The notes: a model not told the origin generated them from the letters alone. A stretch of 26,260 nt of DNA from a virus (IMGVR_UViG_3300025030_001424:1-26260), one strand, 5' to 3'; shown: positions 1-10,122, counted from the stretch's first letter. Program-made: numbers and translations.

Positions 1-483
1 GATGTTTCGTCAGAACTTATTGCTCTGGTAACAGATGAAGTGGGTACTGGCTTTCTAACTTTCAATGCCGCACCGAACTTCACAGGAGATGTAGGATTTG
101 CCACCACTACAGGAACTTGGCCGTTGACTTCCTTTTCTTCAACTGAACCACAATTCTCACTCTCGGCAGGTACAGGTTTTGCGCAATGGGCTTTCAGAAA
201 TGCGGGAGGTAATCTGTATCTCTCTACTACTACAGTTGCGGGTACAGCAACTTCCACTCCTGCCGCCCTAGAACTTCGCAATTCTGGCACAGGTCTTGGC
301 ATAGCCACTTCCACATTCTCGTCTTCCGTTCTTGGATTAGGCACGACTGGCTCAACTAATGGTACAACGACTATAGCCGCAGGAAAACTTCAATTTGACG
401 GCTATAACACAGATGGAAGTAGGATATGTATGTATGTAGTTACCACCACTCTTACTATTCAAAGCGGAGCATGCAATCAATAA
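1..483 (+). CDS. C-terminal part of a Thr/Ser/Gly-rich beta-structured virion or surface protein (5'-truncated)
   Basis: The frame is open from base 1 (DVSSELIALVTDEVGTGFL...), so the track start at 40 is probably internal. It contains ATTT/STTT/ATST motifs and ends at TAA 481-483, 1 nt before the next ATG. Confidence 0.7.
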   Translation, partial: DVSSELIALVTDEVGTGFLTFNAAPNFTGDVGFATTTGTWPLTSFSSTEPQFSLSAGTGFAQWAFRNAGGNLYLSTTTVAGTATSTPAALELRNSGTGLGIATSTFSSSVLGLGTTGSTNGTTTIAAGKLQFDGYNTDGSRICMYVVTTTLTIQSGACNQ

Positions 484-484
484 C

Positions 485-1744
485 ATGAAAAAGCTAATTA
501 TATTATTGGTCTTAATAGCTTTTGGGATTCCAAGTCCTATCTATGCAGAAAGAATGTACACTACTGGATTTGAATGGGGAACAATAACGACAAATGTCGA
601 TTTTACAGTAATAGATGCTGGTTTTAACATAGGCACAACGACTCGTAGTGGTTCCTCATCAATCGTGTTTGACCCTGCAGTGAGTAACCAAAATCTATCC
701 TTTAACTATACAGTGGCAACTTCAAGTATTCAATATGCACGGGTCTACTTTAGATTTTCCACCTTTCCATCAACCGATACTACAATAATGGTTTTTAGAA
801 CATCAGGTGGAACTGCTATTTGTTTGATTGATTTTGATGCAGCAAATCTAACTCTAGAACTCCATAAGGGTGATACGGCGCAGGTTGGTTCTGATTCTGC
901 TACTTTGTCTCTAAATACATGGTACCAAGTTGAGCTCAAATGCCAAGACGATGGGACAACCAATGGTTTACCTTTAGAAGCACAATTAGATGGGACAAGT
1001 TTTGCTAGTGGTACAAATGTTGTTACGGGTTCAATTACAAGCATGCAGATTGGAACTCATATAGACATACCAACGATGTATATGTATATTGATGATGTCG
1101 CAATAAATGGTGCGGGTGGTTCTGTCCAGAACTCTTGGCCTGGAACAGGAAAAATAGTTCATATTCTACCAAGTGCAGCGGGTGACAATGCTCCTACTCT
1201 TGGTACTTTTAATTTGATAGACGAACTCCCACCAGATAATGCTACTTCGTTTATTGATTTAGACGCGGCAACAACAATTGCAGACTTTAATGCTTCTTCG
1301 ACTAGTCAGGTTGGTATAAATTCTTCAGATACAATTTCACTTGTAGAAATTCGGGTTAGAATTAGGGAAGAATCGGCTGCAGCAACACTTTATCAACTAC
1401 GAATCAAATCTGCTTCCGGTGGAACTCTTGCAACAACAACTAGTACGGATGTTGGTGGCACTACTTGGCAAACCAATCCAGTTTCTTCCACTGCTTTTAG
1501 AAAAAAGCTTGTTTCTTACATAGACCCGACAACAGGTATAGCTTGGACTCCTACAGGTACAAATTCTATAGATAATATGCAAATCGGGGTAGCTTCTTTG
1601 AGTGCTAATGATATTGATGTTTCAACCCTTGTAGCTGTGGTCGAATATGTGGACGGCATTACTTCACAAAATGTTACAAGTTCTCCAATGTGTCTAATAA
1701 ACGATGGCTTATTCATCCTCAACGGTCGTTTAATAATTCCATGA
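485..1744 (+). CDS. Secreted protein with a predicted LamG/concanavalin-like beta-sandwich
   Basis: N-terminal signal peptide MKKLIILLVLIAFGIPSPIYA; jelly-roll-like motifs TGFE, LNTWYQVELK and YIDDVAIN. Confidence 0.6.
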   Translation: MKKLIILLVLIAFGIPSPIYAERMYTTGFEWGTITTNVDFTVIDAGFNIGTTTRSGSSSIVFDPAVSNQNLSFNYTVATSSIQYARVYFRFSTFPSTDTTIMVFRTSGGTAICLIDFDAANLTLELHKGDTAQVGSDSATLSLNTWYQVELKCQDDGTTNGLPLEAQLDGTSFASGTNVVTGSITSMQIGTHIDIPTMYMYIDDVAINGAGGSVQNSWPGTGKIVHILPSAAGDNAPTLGTFNLIDELPPDNATSFIDLDAATTIADFNASSTSQVGINSSDTISLVEIRVRIREESAAATLYQLRIKSASGGTLATTTSTDVGGTTWQTNPVSSTAFRKKLVSYIDPTTGIAWTPTGTNSIDNMQIGVASLSANDIDVSTLVAVVEYVDGITSQNVTSSPMCLINDGLFILNGRLIIP

Positions 1745-1923
1745 AAAATCTCCGAACCATTTATTTAGGAACAGCTACGATAATAATTCTAGGAACAATC
1801 GCTTTCTCGCTCGCCTTTGTAATTTATAAATTCTTTGCAAACGAACCAATCTTGCCGAAGATAGAGCAAAACTTCTCGCCAGAATATCAGATACCTCACG
1901 AAACTAATCAAGGAAAAGGATGA
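1741..1923 (+). CDS. Small single-TM membrane protein (start revised to 1741)
   Basis: ATGA overlap with the upstream stop at 1741-1744; hydrophobic stretch IYLGTATIIILGTIAFSLAFVIY. Confidence 0.7.
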   Translation: MKNLRTIYLGTATIIILGTIAFSLAFVIYKFFANEPILPKIEQNFSPEYQIPHETNQGKG

Positions 1924-2159
1924 AAAACTTTAACAGAGGACAGATAAACATAATGACAGCTTTAATCGGAGCTTTAGGTATTATCACCGCTTCAGCGTTC
2001 ACTTCTTGGGCGACAGCAAACAACAAACTTGGAGATGTTAATACACAAGTCCAAGTGAATGAAGAAAGAGAAATGTTACATTATCAAGAGCTTAGAAAAG
2101 ATTTGTCCCGCATAGAAGAAAAATTGGACAAACTTATCATACAAAAAACTCTAAAATGA
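1920..2159 (+). CDS. Small membrane protein with N-terminal TM and C-terminal coiled coil
   Basis: ATGA overlap; MKNFNRG-QINIMTALIGALGIITASAF followed by heptads LRKDLSRIEEKLDKL. Confidence 0.7.
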   Translation: MKNFNRGQINIMTALIGALGIITASAFTSWATANNKLGDVNTQVQVNEEREMLHYQELRKDLSRIEEKLDKLIIQKTLK

Positions 2160-2281
2160 CACCTCAAATATCTTATAGTTATAAATATGTTTGGGGCATC
2201 TGCAATACTCACCCCGAAGCAGTGGTAGCGGTGGCGGTGGCTATCACGGTGTCGACGACTAATAATATGGGAAAAAGTTAA
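2156..2281 (+). CDS. 41-aa hypothetical peptide MTPQISYSYKYVWGICNTHPEAVVAVAVAITVSTTNNMGKS (not in ORF track)
   Basis: Fills the gap exactly: ATGA overlap at 2156-2159 and TAA at 2279-2281 directly before the ATG at 2282. Confidence 0.5.
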   Translation: MTPQISYSYKYVWGICNTHPEAVVAVAVAITVSTTNNMGKS

Positions 2282-2998
2282 ATGACTCTTATTCATCCTA
2301 GAAACAGTTTAAGTGGAGTTCAGGATCAGTCAGGAAAAACGATCGCTATTCTTCAAGTGGCGGTGGCGCAAGAAGAAGCAAAATTAAATGCTCTAAGATT
2401 TGAGACTCGATTTCTTGAGAATGTACGATCAAAGATTACTGGTGAGATGATTGACGAAGAAAACGAAGATTTGAGTAAAGTTGTTTTGACATTAAAAGAA
2501 TATCAGACCCTTGTTTCCTTTATTCCTAAATTGAAAGAGGAGGAGTCTCTACTCGGGCGCAGTAATGAATCTCTTAAGCAGGAACAAATAAAGTTGATTG
2601 AACAGACAAGTGTTTTGTCTAAGACAAAAGAGTCTATTGAAAGAGAGTTGACTGTTAGACGGGCTCACCTTGAGGGTGTTATGCAGTCAACTGATAATGA
2701 AATTACAGTTAAGAAGAAAAATTTAAATGACTTAAAGGTTGAACTTGATTTAAAAGAAAAAGAACTGGCAGAACTTTTGACAACTATCAGTAGTGAGAGT
2801 GAGTCTTTGTCCGGTAAGAAGCTCGAGCTTCAGGAGTATCAGGAGTTTCTAGAAAATAAGGCCCGGGATCTGATGCGGCTGGAACGAAGGGTGGAACGGG
2901 GCTGGAATACCAAGTTTCCCAAGGATAGAATGTTGATGAAGGAAAATAGGCCGTTAGTTGATAGTGTGGAAGAATTTAGTGATACAATAAGAGAGTAA
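2282..2998 (+). CDS. Coiled-coil hypothetical protein
   Basis: 238 aa, E/K/L-rich heptad pattern throughout. Confidence 0.7.
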   Translation: MTLIHPRNSLSGVQDQSGKTIAILQVAVAQEEAKLNALRFETRFLENVRSKITGEMIDEENEDLSKVVLTLKEYQTLVSFIPKLKEEESLLGRSNESLKQEQIKLIEQTSVLSKTKESIERELTVRRAHLEGVMQSTDNEITVKKKNLNDLKVELDLKEKELAELLTTISSESESLSGKKLELQEYQEFLENKARDLMRLERRVERGWNTKFPKDRMLMKENRPLVDSVEEFSDTIRE

Positions 2999-3000
2999 CT

Positions 3001-3525
3001 ATGAATAAAATTTGTCAACAGTGTAAAAAAGGTTTTGTTTCTAAATATAAGAAAATGGCTAAATTTTGTTCTCAAAAATGTTATGGTATCAGTCTAAAAA
3101 AGAATGTGGGAGGATTAAATCCATTTTTTGGAAAGACTCATACTGAATCTGTTCGAGAAAGAATAAGTGATGCTCGAAAGGGTAGGCGTTATGCAGTGTT
3201 TACTGAATTTAAGAAAGGAGTAAGACCGTGGAATTATAGAGGAGGAGTGGATGTCAGAAGTTATCATTCGCTTTTTAGTCCTGAATATGTTCTTTGGCGC
3301 AAGTCTGTGTTTGTGAGAGATAGCTTTAAGTGTAGAATATCTAATGGGGATTGTTCTGGACAGTTGGAGGTCCATCACATTTTACGATGGGCTGATTATC
3401 CTGAACTTCGTTATCAGCTTAATAATGGCATTACACTATGTCACTTCCATCATCCGAGAAGGAAGGAAGAAGAGAAACGACTACAGTCTGAATTTCAGGC
3501 TTTAGTGTCAGTATCAAGTGACTAA
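3001..3525 (+). CDS. HNH homing endonuclease with NUMOD3 motif and N-terminal Zn finger
   Basis: CQQC...FCSQKC Zn motif; NUMOD3-like NPFFGKTHTESVRERISDARKG; HNH core RDSFKC...LEVHHI...NNGITLCHFHH. Confidence 0.88.
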   Translation: MNKICQQCKKGFVSKYKKMAKFCSQKCYGISLKKNVGGLNPFFGKTHTESVRERISDARKGRRYAVFTEFKKGVRPWNYRGGVDVRSYHSLFSPEYVLWRKSVFVRDSFKCRISNGDCSGQLEVHHILRWADYPELRYQLNNGITLCHFHHPRRKEEEKRLQSEFQALVSVSSD

Positions 3526-3766
3526 AATTACTGCGGGAAAACCGGATTGGCAAAAGTTAGCAGCTATAGGAAGGCTTCCTAAAGAACAAAGAGGACAGAT
3601 TCCGATGTTAGTGGGAATGGATAAGTTAGAAGAAAAGGTTGAAAAGTTGGAAAAAGAGAATGAAAAGTTGGAAAAAGAGAATGAAAAGTTGAAAGAAAAA
3701 ATTAAGGAATTAAGAGCCGGAGGAGACAGTGGCGAGGGTGATAAGGATGATAAAAAAAATGAATAA
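3518..3766 (+). CDS. Small coiled-coil protein
   Basis: GTG start overlapping the HNH end; EKLEKEN heptad repeats. Confidence 0.65.
   Translation: MTKITAGKPDWQKLAAIGRLPKEQRGQIPMLVGMDKLEEKVEKLEKENEKLEKENEKLKEKIKELRAGGDSGEGDKDDKKNE
3641..3691 (+). repeat. 21-bp tandem repeat GAAAAGTTGGAAAAAGAGAAT, 2 full copies plus a 9-bp partial
   Basis: Exact copies at 3641-3661 and 3662-3682, partial at 3683-3691; each unit encodes one heptad. Confidence 0.9.
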
Positions 3767-3778
3767 AAATAAACTATC

Positions 3779-5233
3779 ATGCCAGTTCGCCGCATATACT
3801 CTGACATAAGTGAACTCCTCGATGGAGCAGAAACGCTTATTCTCGACGCTGACGTTGCCGCTGGCGCTACGTCTATTACTGTAAAAAGTATTACCGGTGC
3901 GGCTATTGACAATATTTTGTTTTTTCGTTTCCCCGGCAACGAGTCGGCTGAGATTGTCGTCACCTCTGCCTCTACGGCGCCGTCAGGCAATACCGTGACG
4001 TTGGTAGCGGCGGGTCTTGTGGAGCCTCATCCGGCTGGTACGGTGATCTACATCATTAGAGCGAATACAGTCCGATTCTATAGTTCCGCTACAGAAGTAA
4101 ACGCTAATTCAGATGATTCTACGTTGACGGCGCTGGCGGCGGCTCAGAACATCGATCCGACCCTTGTTCGAAACTTTTACGATGACACGACACAGACATC
4201 AGGATTTTACTATTGGCGATTTATTGACAGTATTAATTCCGTCAACTTGCTTTATTCGGACGCTATTCCGTGGGGACAAGTAGAAGTCACTTTTGCCGAA
4301 GACGAAGTCGGTTATGTGCTTGAATCTGTGCGTCGCAAGCTTGGTCAGGAATGGAACGAAACGTTCTCAAAACAGGTAGCGATGGATGAGATCAATGCGT
4401 GTCTGCGCTACGTTCAAGGAAAACTTAAGCGCTGGAGTCGTTACTTAATTGCGGATTATGTGATCGGGCAAACGGCTCGAGGAGTCTTTGATTTTGCACT
4501 TCCTGCGGATATTTATGATGATGAAACAAATAAGTCGGTTCTTCAAGTAAAGATTGGCGGTCTGGACAGACCTTTAAAACCGCTTGATGAAAAAGAATTT
4601 GAGGCTGCGATGAATGACGCTAAACATACGCAAGTGCGTACACTTGCGGTGGTGGGTGGAACGACTCTTGAGATTGACAATTCTTATGACTTTGACGACT
4701 CGGGGACTGTAAACGTTTACAGTTCAAATACTCTTGACGCTATTACTTATACTGGAGTAACACGTTCGGCAACTGCGGGGATTCTGACCGGCGTCCCGGC
4801 ATCTGGTGCTGGAGCTATTGGCGCAGCCCACGTTGTTGATCAGAACGTCTGGCAGGATGAACAGGAAGGTCAGCCGAGATATTTTAACGTCAGAAGTGGT
4901 CGCATCCGTATTTGGCCGTTGGTAGATTCTACTTGGATAAATAAGAACGTCACGATGGACTACAATGAAGAGGCCACGGCGGTTGATTCGGAAGCGGACA
5001 CTATTGATGCCCCGCGTTTTGATATGGTTCGGTACTGGTTACTTTGGCAAGGAAAGAATTACTGGCGCAATAATGGTAAGGAAGATCTGGATGACGGAGA
5101 TTTTAAGCTTTTCGGTGATACTTTAAAGTCTGCAATTCGAACGGAAGTCTCCGGACAAAAATACAAAATGGCTCCTAAAATAAACGAAATTAATTATCGT
5201 TCGGGCATCAGAAGAGAGCCGTATAGTGAATAA
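3779..5233 (+). CDS. Putative head-tail adaptor (tail tubular protein A-like) with extra beta domains
   Basis: Adaptor-like pattern VRRKLG...INACLRYV...FALPAD...IRIWP; lies directly upstream of the nozzle-like gene. Confidence 0.6.
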   Translation: MPVRRIYSDISELLDGAETLILDADVAAGATSITVKSITGAAIDNILFFRFPGNESAEIVVTSASTAPSGNTVTLVAAGLVEPHPAGTVIYIIRANTVRFYSSATEVNANSDDSTLTALAAAQNIDPTLVRNFYDDTTQTSGFYYWRFIDSINSVNLLYSDAIPWGQVEVTFAEDEVGYVLESVRRKLGQEWNETFSKQVAMDEINACLRYVQGKLKRWSRYLIADYVIGQTARGVFDFALPADIYDDETNKSVLQVKIGGLDRPLKPLDEKEFEAAMNDAKHTQVRTLAVVGGTTLEIDNSYDFDDSGTVNVYSSNTLDAITYTGVTRSATAGILTGVPASGAGAIGAAHVVDQNVWQDEQEGQPRYFNVRSGRIRIWPLVDSTWINKNVTMDYNEEATAVDSEADTIDAPRFDMVRYWLLWQGKNYWRNNGKEDLDDGDFKLFGDTLKSAIRTEVSGQKYKMAPKINEINYRSGIRREPYSE

Positions 5234-5238
5234 GCCTT

Positions 5239-6666
5239 ATGGCAAAGTTAGAGAAAACAGTCAAGTGGAGAGACGTCTCTGCGGGTAATATCCAAGCAGT
5301 TTCTTCTGATATTACTATCCCGAACTCGGTGCCGTTCTCGATGAACCTCCTTTTCGATAAAGTGCTTGGAGAAGCCGTCTCGCGTGAAGGTACGACCATC
5401 ATTGGTACTCAACTTTCTGCCGGAAATAATTGTCAAGGTCTTTTCCAGCATCTTGATACTACTGTTGCCAGTAGTGTACTTTTTGCCGGATTTAATGGAG
5501 TTATCTATAACGCTGTAACCGGGGCTACTTCTCTCAGTGGTCTAAGTACTACAGCTAAGATGCGTTTTGCCACTTTTCTTAATACAACACTGATGCTCAA
5601 TGGAGTGGTAGCTCGAGCTTATAACGGTGGCAGTTGGGCTTCTTCTGGGGGGCCGTTAGGAGTGGGTGGAGTACCGGCCGGAGCACAGTTCCCGATAGAG
5701 TTCAAGGATCGAGTTTATTGTGCTGTAACTGATCGGATTTATTACACAGCTACTCCTTTGAGCGGGACAGTCAGTTGGACTGCTGCTGGTTCAGGATCTC
5801 TGCAAGCGGAACAAGAAGACGGTGGTGGCACTCTTCAGGGTTTGAATAAAGTACCGGGGTATCTGATGCTTTATAAACAACGATCGCTTAAGCGTTGGAA
5901 TTTTGACTCGGCTTTTCCTGAAGACTTGGTTAACATCGGTACGCAATCAAACGAAAGTATTGTGCGAGCGCGAGGGAGAAACTACTTCTTCTATGGTCCG
6001 AAAGGATTTTATGAGACGAATGGTGGATACCCGCAACTTATCTCACGTCCGGTTCAAAGAATCGTTGAAGGCATGGCTAGTTCTTTTTATGAAGATGTTA
6101 ATGGCTGGAGCGACAACGAACATATTTATTGGTCTGTCGGAAACGTTACAGTAAATTTTGATCGTGGCTTTACGGAAACATATACTAATGTGGTTTTACG
6201 TTATCATATTGATAGTGGAGCTTGGGCTCCTCTTCGTTACGCTAATCAGTTTCAGTTCTTGTCTCAATACCTTACTGGTGATGATCTTGTGATTGTAGGC
6301 GGAGATGATGATGGACAAGTACAGCAACTCAATTCTGGAAATAGTGATTATAACAATCAGGCTATCACTTATATTCTGCAGTCTCCGGAATTTGACTTCG
6401 GTGATCGTGGTAAATATAAAACTATAAACGAGAAGATTGTGGTTCATTCTGACGGTACTCGAGGAGCAGAAATTCAGAGACGGCTTGATTACGGACAATG
6501 GGAAGCCTTCGGTTCTCTTGGAGATATTGTGACGGAAGTACTGATTAATAAACCGCTTCGGGCTCGGGTCTTTGAGTTTCGAGTAGTGGATTCGACTACT
6601 GGAGAGCAGATTAAGTTGAGGGGCCTAGATTTTCCCAATATAAATATTGAAGAATCTTCAAAATGA
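5239..6666 (+). CDS. Putative tail nozzle / tail tubular protein B (P22 gp10 or T7 gp12-like beta-propeller)
   Basis: 475 aa, all-beta; motifs FKDRVY, LMLYKQRSL, NIGTQS, GFYETNG, ISRPVQ, SPEFDFG; podovirus gene order. Confidence 0.65.
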   Translation: MAKLEKTVKWRDVSAGNIQAVSSDITIPNSVPFSMNLLFDKVLGEAVSREGTTIIGTQLSAGNNCQGLFQHLDTTVASSVLFAGFNGVIYNAVTGATSLSGLSTTAKMRFATFLNTTLMLNGVVARAYNGGSWASSGGPLGVGGVPAGAQFPIEFKDRVYCAVTDRIYYTATPLSGTVSWTAAGSGSLQAEQEDGGGTLQGLNKVPGYLMLYKQRSLKRWNFDSAFPEDLVNIGTQSNESIVRARGRNYFFYGPKGFYETNGGYPQLISRPVQRIVEGMASSFYEDVNGWSDNEHIYWSVGNVTVNFDRGFTETYTNVVLRYHIDSGAWAPLRYANQFQFLSQYLTGDDLVIVGGDDDGQVQQLNSGNSDYNNQAITYILQSPEFDFGDRGKYKTINEKIVVHSDGTRGAEIQRRLDYGQWEAFGSLGDIVTEVLINKPLRARVFEFRVVDSTTGEQIKLRGLDFPNINIEESSK

Positions 6667-6667
6667 T

Positions 6668-9001
6668 ATGAGTATTTTTATTGATGAGATTGGTTACAAT
6701 ATTCTTGATCTCGGATTTGATAAAAGTTTAATTAAAAATAATTCATTACAAACAACTCCGGAACTTATCAACGTCATTACGCAAGGGATAGCTCCTAAGA
6801 ACGTTACTTCTGGTGAAGTTATTTCTGATCTGGAACAAGCGGTAGGAGTACTCTTTAATGGAAAAACTGCTTTTGATAATACTGAGACTGGTTATCGTTT
6901 GGGTATTGATGAGGCTGACGGTTTAATGAAGTTTTACATCGGTAACACTACCGATTATTTAAACTGGACAGGTACAGAATTGATCATCGTCGGGGGGGTC
7001 AGTATTGATTTGCTTGATATCGGAGGGTCTGACGCCACTTCCTTTCACGTTGATGTTGACGGAAACATGTGGATGGGAGCAGCAACATTTGCAGTGGCTC
7101 CTTTTAAAGTTTCCAGCGCCGGAGCCTTGACTGCTACTGGTGTAACTATTACTGGCACTATCACAGCCACGTCAGGAGCAATCGGTGGTTGGACAATAAA
7201 TTCTACTTCAATCTACACAGGCACGGAGGACTTTGCCGCTTACACAGCCAACGCCGGAGATATGACCATTTACTCCGATGGGTCAAATTCTTCGATTCAT
7301 GCTTTTAATTTTTATATAGATGCTGGTGGCGATTTCCATACTCGAGGCGGAGACATCACGGGAGTTTCTATTGCAGGTATACCTAACAATACTTCAACGG
7401 ATATTTCTTTGATGGAATGTTCTCATAACCTTGTTTTCTCAGTTACTGATGCCGACACAATCGCGTGGGCCACAGGCACGATAATTTTCTCGAATGCCCG
7501 AACATTTACGATTGATGCTGGTAACACCGGAAATATGGTAGCTCTCACTTATATTTATCTTGACCCAGCAGTTTCTTCGACTGTGCTTCAAGTAACTACC
7601 ACCTATTCGACAGCGATGGGAGCAAACAAGAGACTGATAGGAACGGCACAAAATAACACAATAACTGCAAACTTCGTTCCCTACGGAGCGGGACAAATCT
7701 TGATAGACGGAGCAAATATCGGAGCACTCTCGATTGTAGCTGGGAACATTGCCGCTTCTACGATCACGGCCGGCAAACTGACGGTTTCACAACTCTCGGC
7801 TATCGCCGCAGACCTTGGCACTATCACCGCAGGAACAGTAACAGGAGCCACTATTCAAACCGCTTCTTCTGGCACAAGGTTCGTAATGACATCGAGTGCT
7901 TTTCAGGGAATCAATGCCAGTGCCGCAGTAATATTTGAGATTCTTCTTACCGGCGGAGACGTAGGGGACGTCATCATGGGTGATGACGCTACGGGGTCTT
8001 ATGCAAAGTGGGATAACTCTGCTGGCACTTTTGATGTATTTGCAGACAATATTCCTTCTGCTAGTCAAGGTACGTTCGGGGGTGACGGTTCTGACGGAGC
8101 TCTTTCCGCTTCGTCTGGCACAACTGATATTGACCTTGCAGGAGCAAAATCTGTTGTTAAAAACTATACTCTCATTTCTCTAACAGGATCGGCTAAACTC
8201 ACTTTTTCTAATCCTCATGCTAACGGCACTCTGATTATTTTGAAATCACAAGGCAACGTAACTTTGACCGCCTCCGCAACCATTATCGATGCTTCTGGAA
8301 TGGGGGCTACCGGAGGAACCGCTGTTTCTCAAAGTAGTAACGGAACTACCAACGGAAATAACGGAACAGTCGGGACAACCGACTTTACGATGTGGTCTAC
8401 TGGTAATGGAATCAAGGCAACTGCCGACGTGGGTGGCACTGCTTCCGCGGCCCTAACAGGTGCTTTTACTTATAAAACCACCGCAGAAAGTATTTATATT
8501 TCTAAATACTTTAACGCTTTTGTGGGTTCTGGCGGAGGTAGTGGAGCGGCAGGATGGACGACAGGATCGGATGCAGGAACGGTCACTTCGGGTGGTGGGG
8601 GATATGGAGGTGGAGCATTGATTATTGAATGTGCCGGAGCTTGGAACTTCACGACTGCTAGTGGTATTTCTGTCGCAGGTAAAGTTGGAACAGCTCCAAG
8701 TCAAGGTGGTACTACCAGAGCATCAGGAGGCGGAGGTGGAGGCGGTGGAGGGGGATTCTTTCTGGCTCTCTATAACACGCTTACAGCTAATTCTGGCACT
8801 GTTGTTGTTTCTGGTGGCGCCGCTACTGGTTCAGTAGCAGATTATTCTGCTGGACCTGATACTGGCATGGGTGGTGGTAGTGGTGGCAGTGGACAGACTG
8901 CCAGTAGTGCTGGAACTAATGGAGGAGCAAGCACTGCCGGTGATGGAAGCGCCGGCACTGCCGGTTTAGCTTTAGTTGTTGAGAACACAATATTCTTTTA
9001 A
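6668..9001 (+). CDS. Tail fibre / receptor-binding protein with Gly-rich C-terminal domain
   Basis: ITATSGAIGGWTI and LSAIAADLGTITAG fibre motifs; FGGDGSDG and GGGGGG Gly-rich tip. In-frame ATG at 6668 just after the upstream stop is preferred over TTG 6647. Confidence 0.75.
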   Translation: MSIFIDEIGYNILDLGFDKSLIKNNSLQTTPELINVITQGIAPKNVTSGEVISDLEQAVGVLFNGKTAFDNTETGYRLGIDEADGLMKFYIGNTTDYLNWTGTELIIVGGVSIDLLDIGGSDATSFHVDVDGNMWMGAATFAVAPFKVSSAGALTATGVTITGTITATSGAIGGWTINSTSIYTGTEDFAAYTANAGDMTIYSDGSNSSIHAFNFYIDAGGDFHTRGGDITGVSIAGIPNNTSTDISLMECSHNLVFSVTDADTIAWATGTIIFSNARTFTIDAGNTGNMVALTYIYLDPAVSSTVLQVTTTYSTAMGANKRLIGTAQNNTITANFVPYGAGQILIDGANIGALSIVAGNIAASTITAGKLTVSQLSAIAADLGTITAGTVTGATIQTASSGTRFVMTSSAFQGINASAAVIFEILLTGGDVGDVIMGDDATGSYAKWDNSAGTFDVFADNIPSASQGTFGGDGSDGALSASSGTTDIDLAGAKSVVKNYTLISLTGSAKLTFSNPHANGTLIILKSQGNVTLTASATIIDASGMGATGGTAVSQSSNGTTNGNNGTVGTTDFTMWSTGNGIKATADVGGTASAALTGAFTYKTTAESIYISKYFNAFVGSGGGSGAAGWTTGSDAGTVTSGGGGYGGGALIIECAGAWNFTTASGISVAGKVGTAPSQGGTTRASGGGGGGGGGGFFLALYNTLTANSGTVVVSGGAATGSVADYSAGPDTGMGGGSGGSGQTASSAGTNGGASTAGDGSAGTAGLALVVENTIFF

Positions 9002-9004
9002 TAA

Positions 9005-9013
9005 TGGTATAAT
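9005..9013 (+). promoter_or_regulatory. Extended -10 promoter TGGTATAAT, 8 nt upstream of ATG 9022 (near-leaderless transcript)
   Basis: Exact TGnTATAAT in the 20-nt intergenic gap. Confidence 0.6.
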
Positions 9014-9021
9014 AAAATAAA

Positions 9022-10113
9022 ATGCAAGAAGTATTTAAGGGAGTTACATATAACCTAGATGACCCTGAGGGAAAAGCGGCCTTTGACTTGGCTAAGTCTG
9101 GAAATCTTTATATTCAACAGTCTTATGCCCCAGCTAACTGGAGAGATTCTGACTACGACTTTGTAAAAGATACAGCTTCTACGATGACCCCAGAACAGCA
9201 ACTGGCACAAGCTCAAGCATTTAATACTCAGTGGGGAAGGACTGCTCCTGCTTCTTATGCTACAAACTCTGTCTGGGCGCAACTTGCTCCTGCACCTGCT
9301 CCTAATGTTTCAGCTACATCAACCTCTCCTACAAACATTACTCAGCCTGTCCCAACATCAGCTGCTTTTAAAAACACTGAAGCTTATAAAGCTTTGACTC
9401 AAGAAGAAAAAGATTTTGTTGATTTGGCTTACAACTTAATTTCCGTCGGGGGCGAAGAAGAAGCTAGAATTTTTGCTAATGCTATTACTCAAGCAAAAGC
9501 CATTGCCGATCCATATTTCCGATCAGTATTAACTCTTGCTTTAGGGGAAATTCAAGGAGCCATTGCTGAAAAGAATTTTGATTTTCAGACTAAAGCGGAA
9601 ATTTTGAAACGAACTAGAGACGAACTTTTTGAAGATCTAAAACGAGGTCGGGAATATCTGACTCTGGAACAGCAAGCTCTCTTAGGCAAAGAACTTAGTG
9701 TTTATGAAGAAGATCTGTTGACTATTGCTGATCAAGCAGCCGAGAAAGGTTTAACTTTTGCCACTGGCGCGCGCTCTCGAGCTTTGGCAGAAGAAAGACG
9801 CACTGAACAGTATGGAGAAGTAGTACAGTCAACTCAACGAGTCACAAACATGAGAATTAAGGAACTTGAAATCAGAGCTCAGAGAGGCGATCTTGACGCC
9901 CAAAGACAACTTGAAGCTTTGACCGGCCAGAAAGCCTTTGATCTTCAGAAGATCGGTCGAGCGGCTGAAGAAGTGTTAGGTACAACGAACCTTCCGGCCG
10001 TAGAAGGATATACACCGGCTGGCGGAGTGATCGGTAAAATTGAGGAAGAAAAACAGAAAGCTGTCATTTCCGACGTCGGCGCTTTTGTAAATCTTCAAAA
10101 AGGGTTTATATAA
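9022..10113 (+). CDS. Putative internal virion (ejection) protein 1
   Basis: Helical, A/Q/E-rich, with a P/T linker; first of three genes after the fibre, as in podovirus ejection modules. Confidence 0.5.
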   Translation: MQEVFKGVTYNLDDPEGKAAFDLAKSGNLYIQQSYAPANWRDSDYDFVKDTASTMTPEQQLAQAQAFNTQWGRTAPASYATNSVWAQLAPAPAPNVSATSTSPTNITQPVPTSAAFKNTEAYKALTQEEKDFVDLAYNLISVGGEEEARIFANAITQAKAIADPYFRSVLTLALGEIQGAIAEKNFDFQTKAEILKRTRDELFEDLKRGREYLTLEQQALLGKELSVYEEDLLTIADQAAEKGLTFATGARSRALAEERRTEQYGEVVQSTQRVTNMRIKELEIRAQRGDLDAQRQLEALTGQKAFDLQKIGRAAEEVLGTTNLPAVEGYTPAGGVIGKIEEEKQKAVISDVGAFVNLQKGFI

Positions 10114-10122
10114 TATAACAAT

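Noticed and set aside
3514-3990. 158-aa minus-strand ORF with FSFSN repeats
   Set aside because: It is the antisense shadow of the EKLEKEN repeat gene and the adaptor gene.
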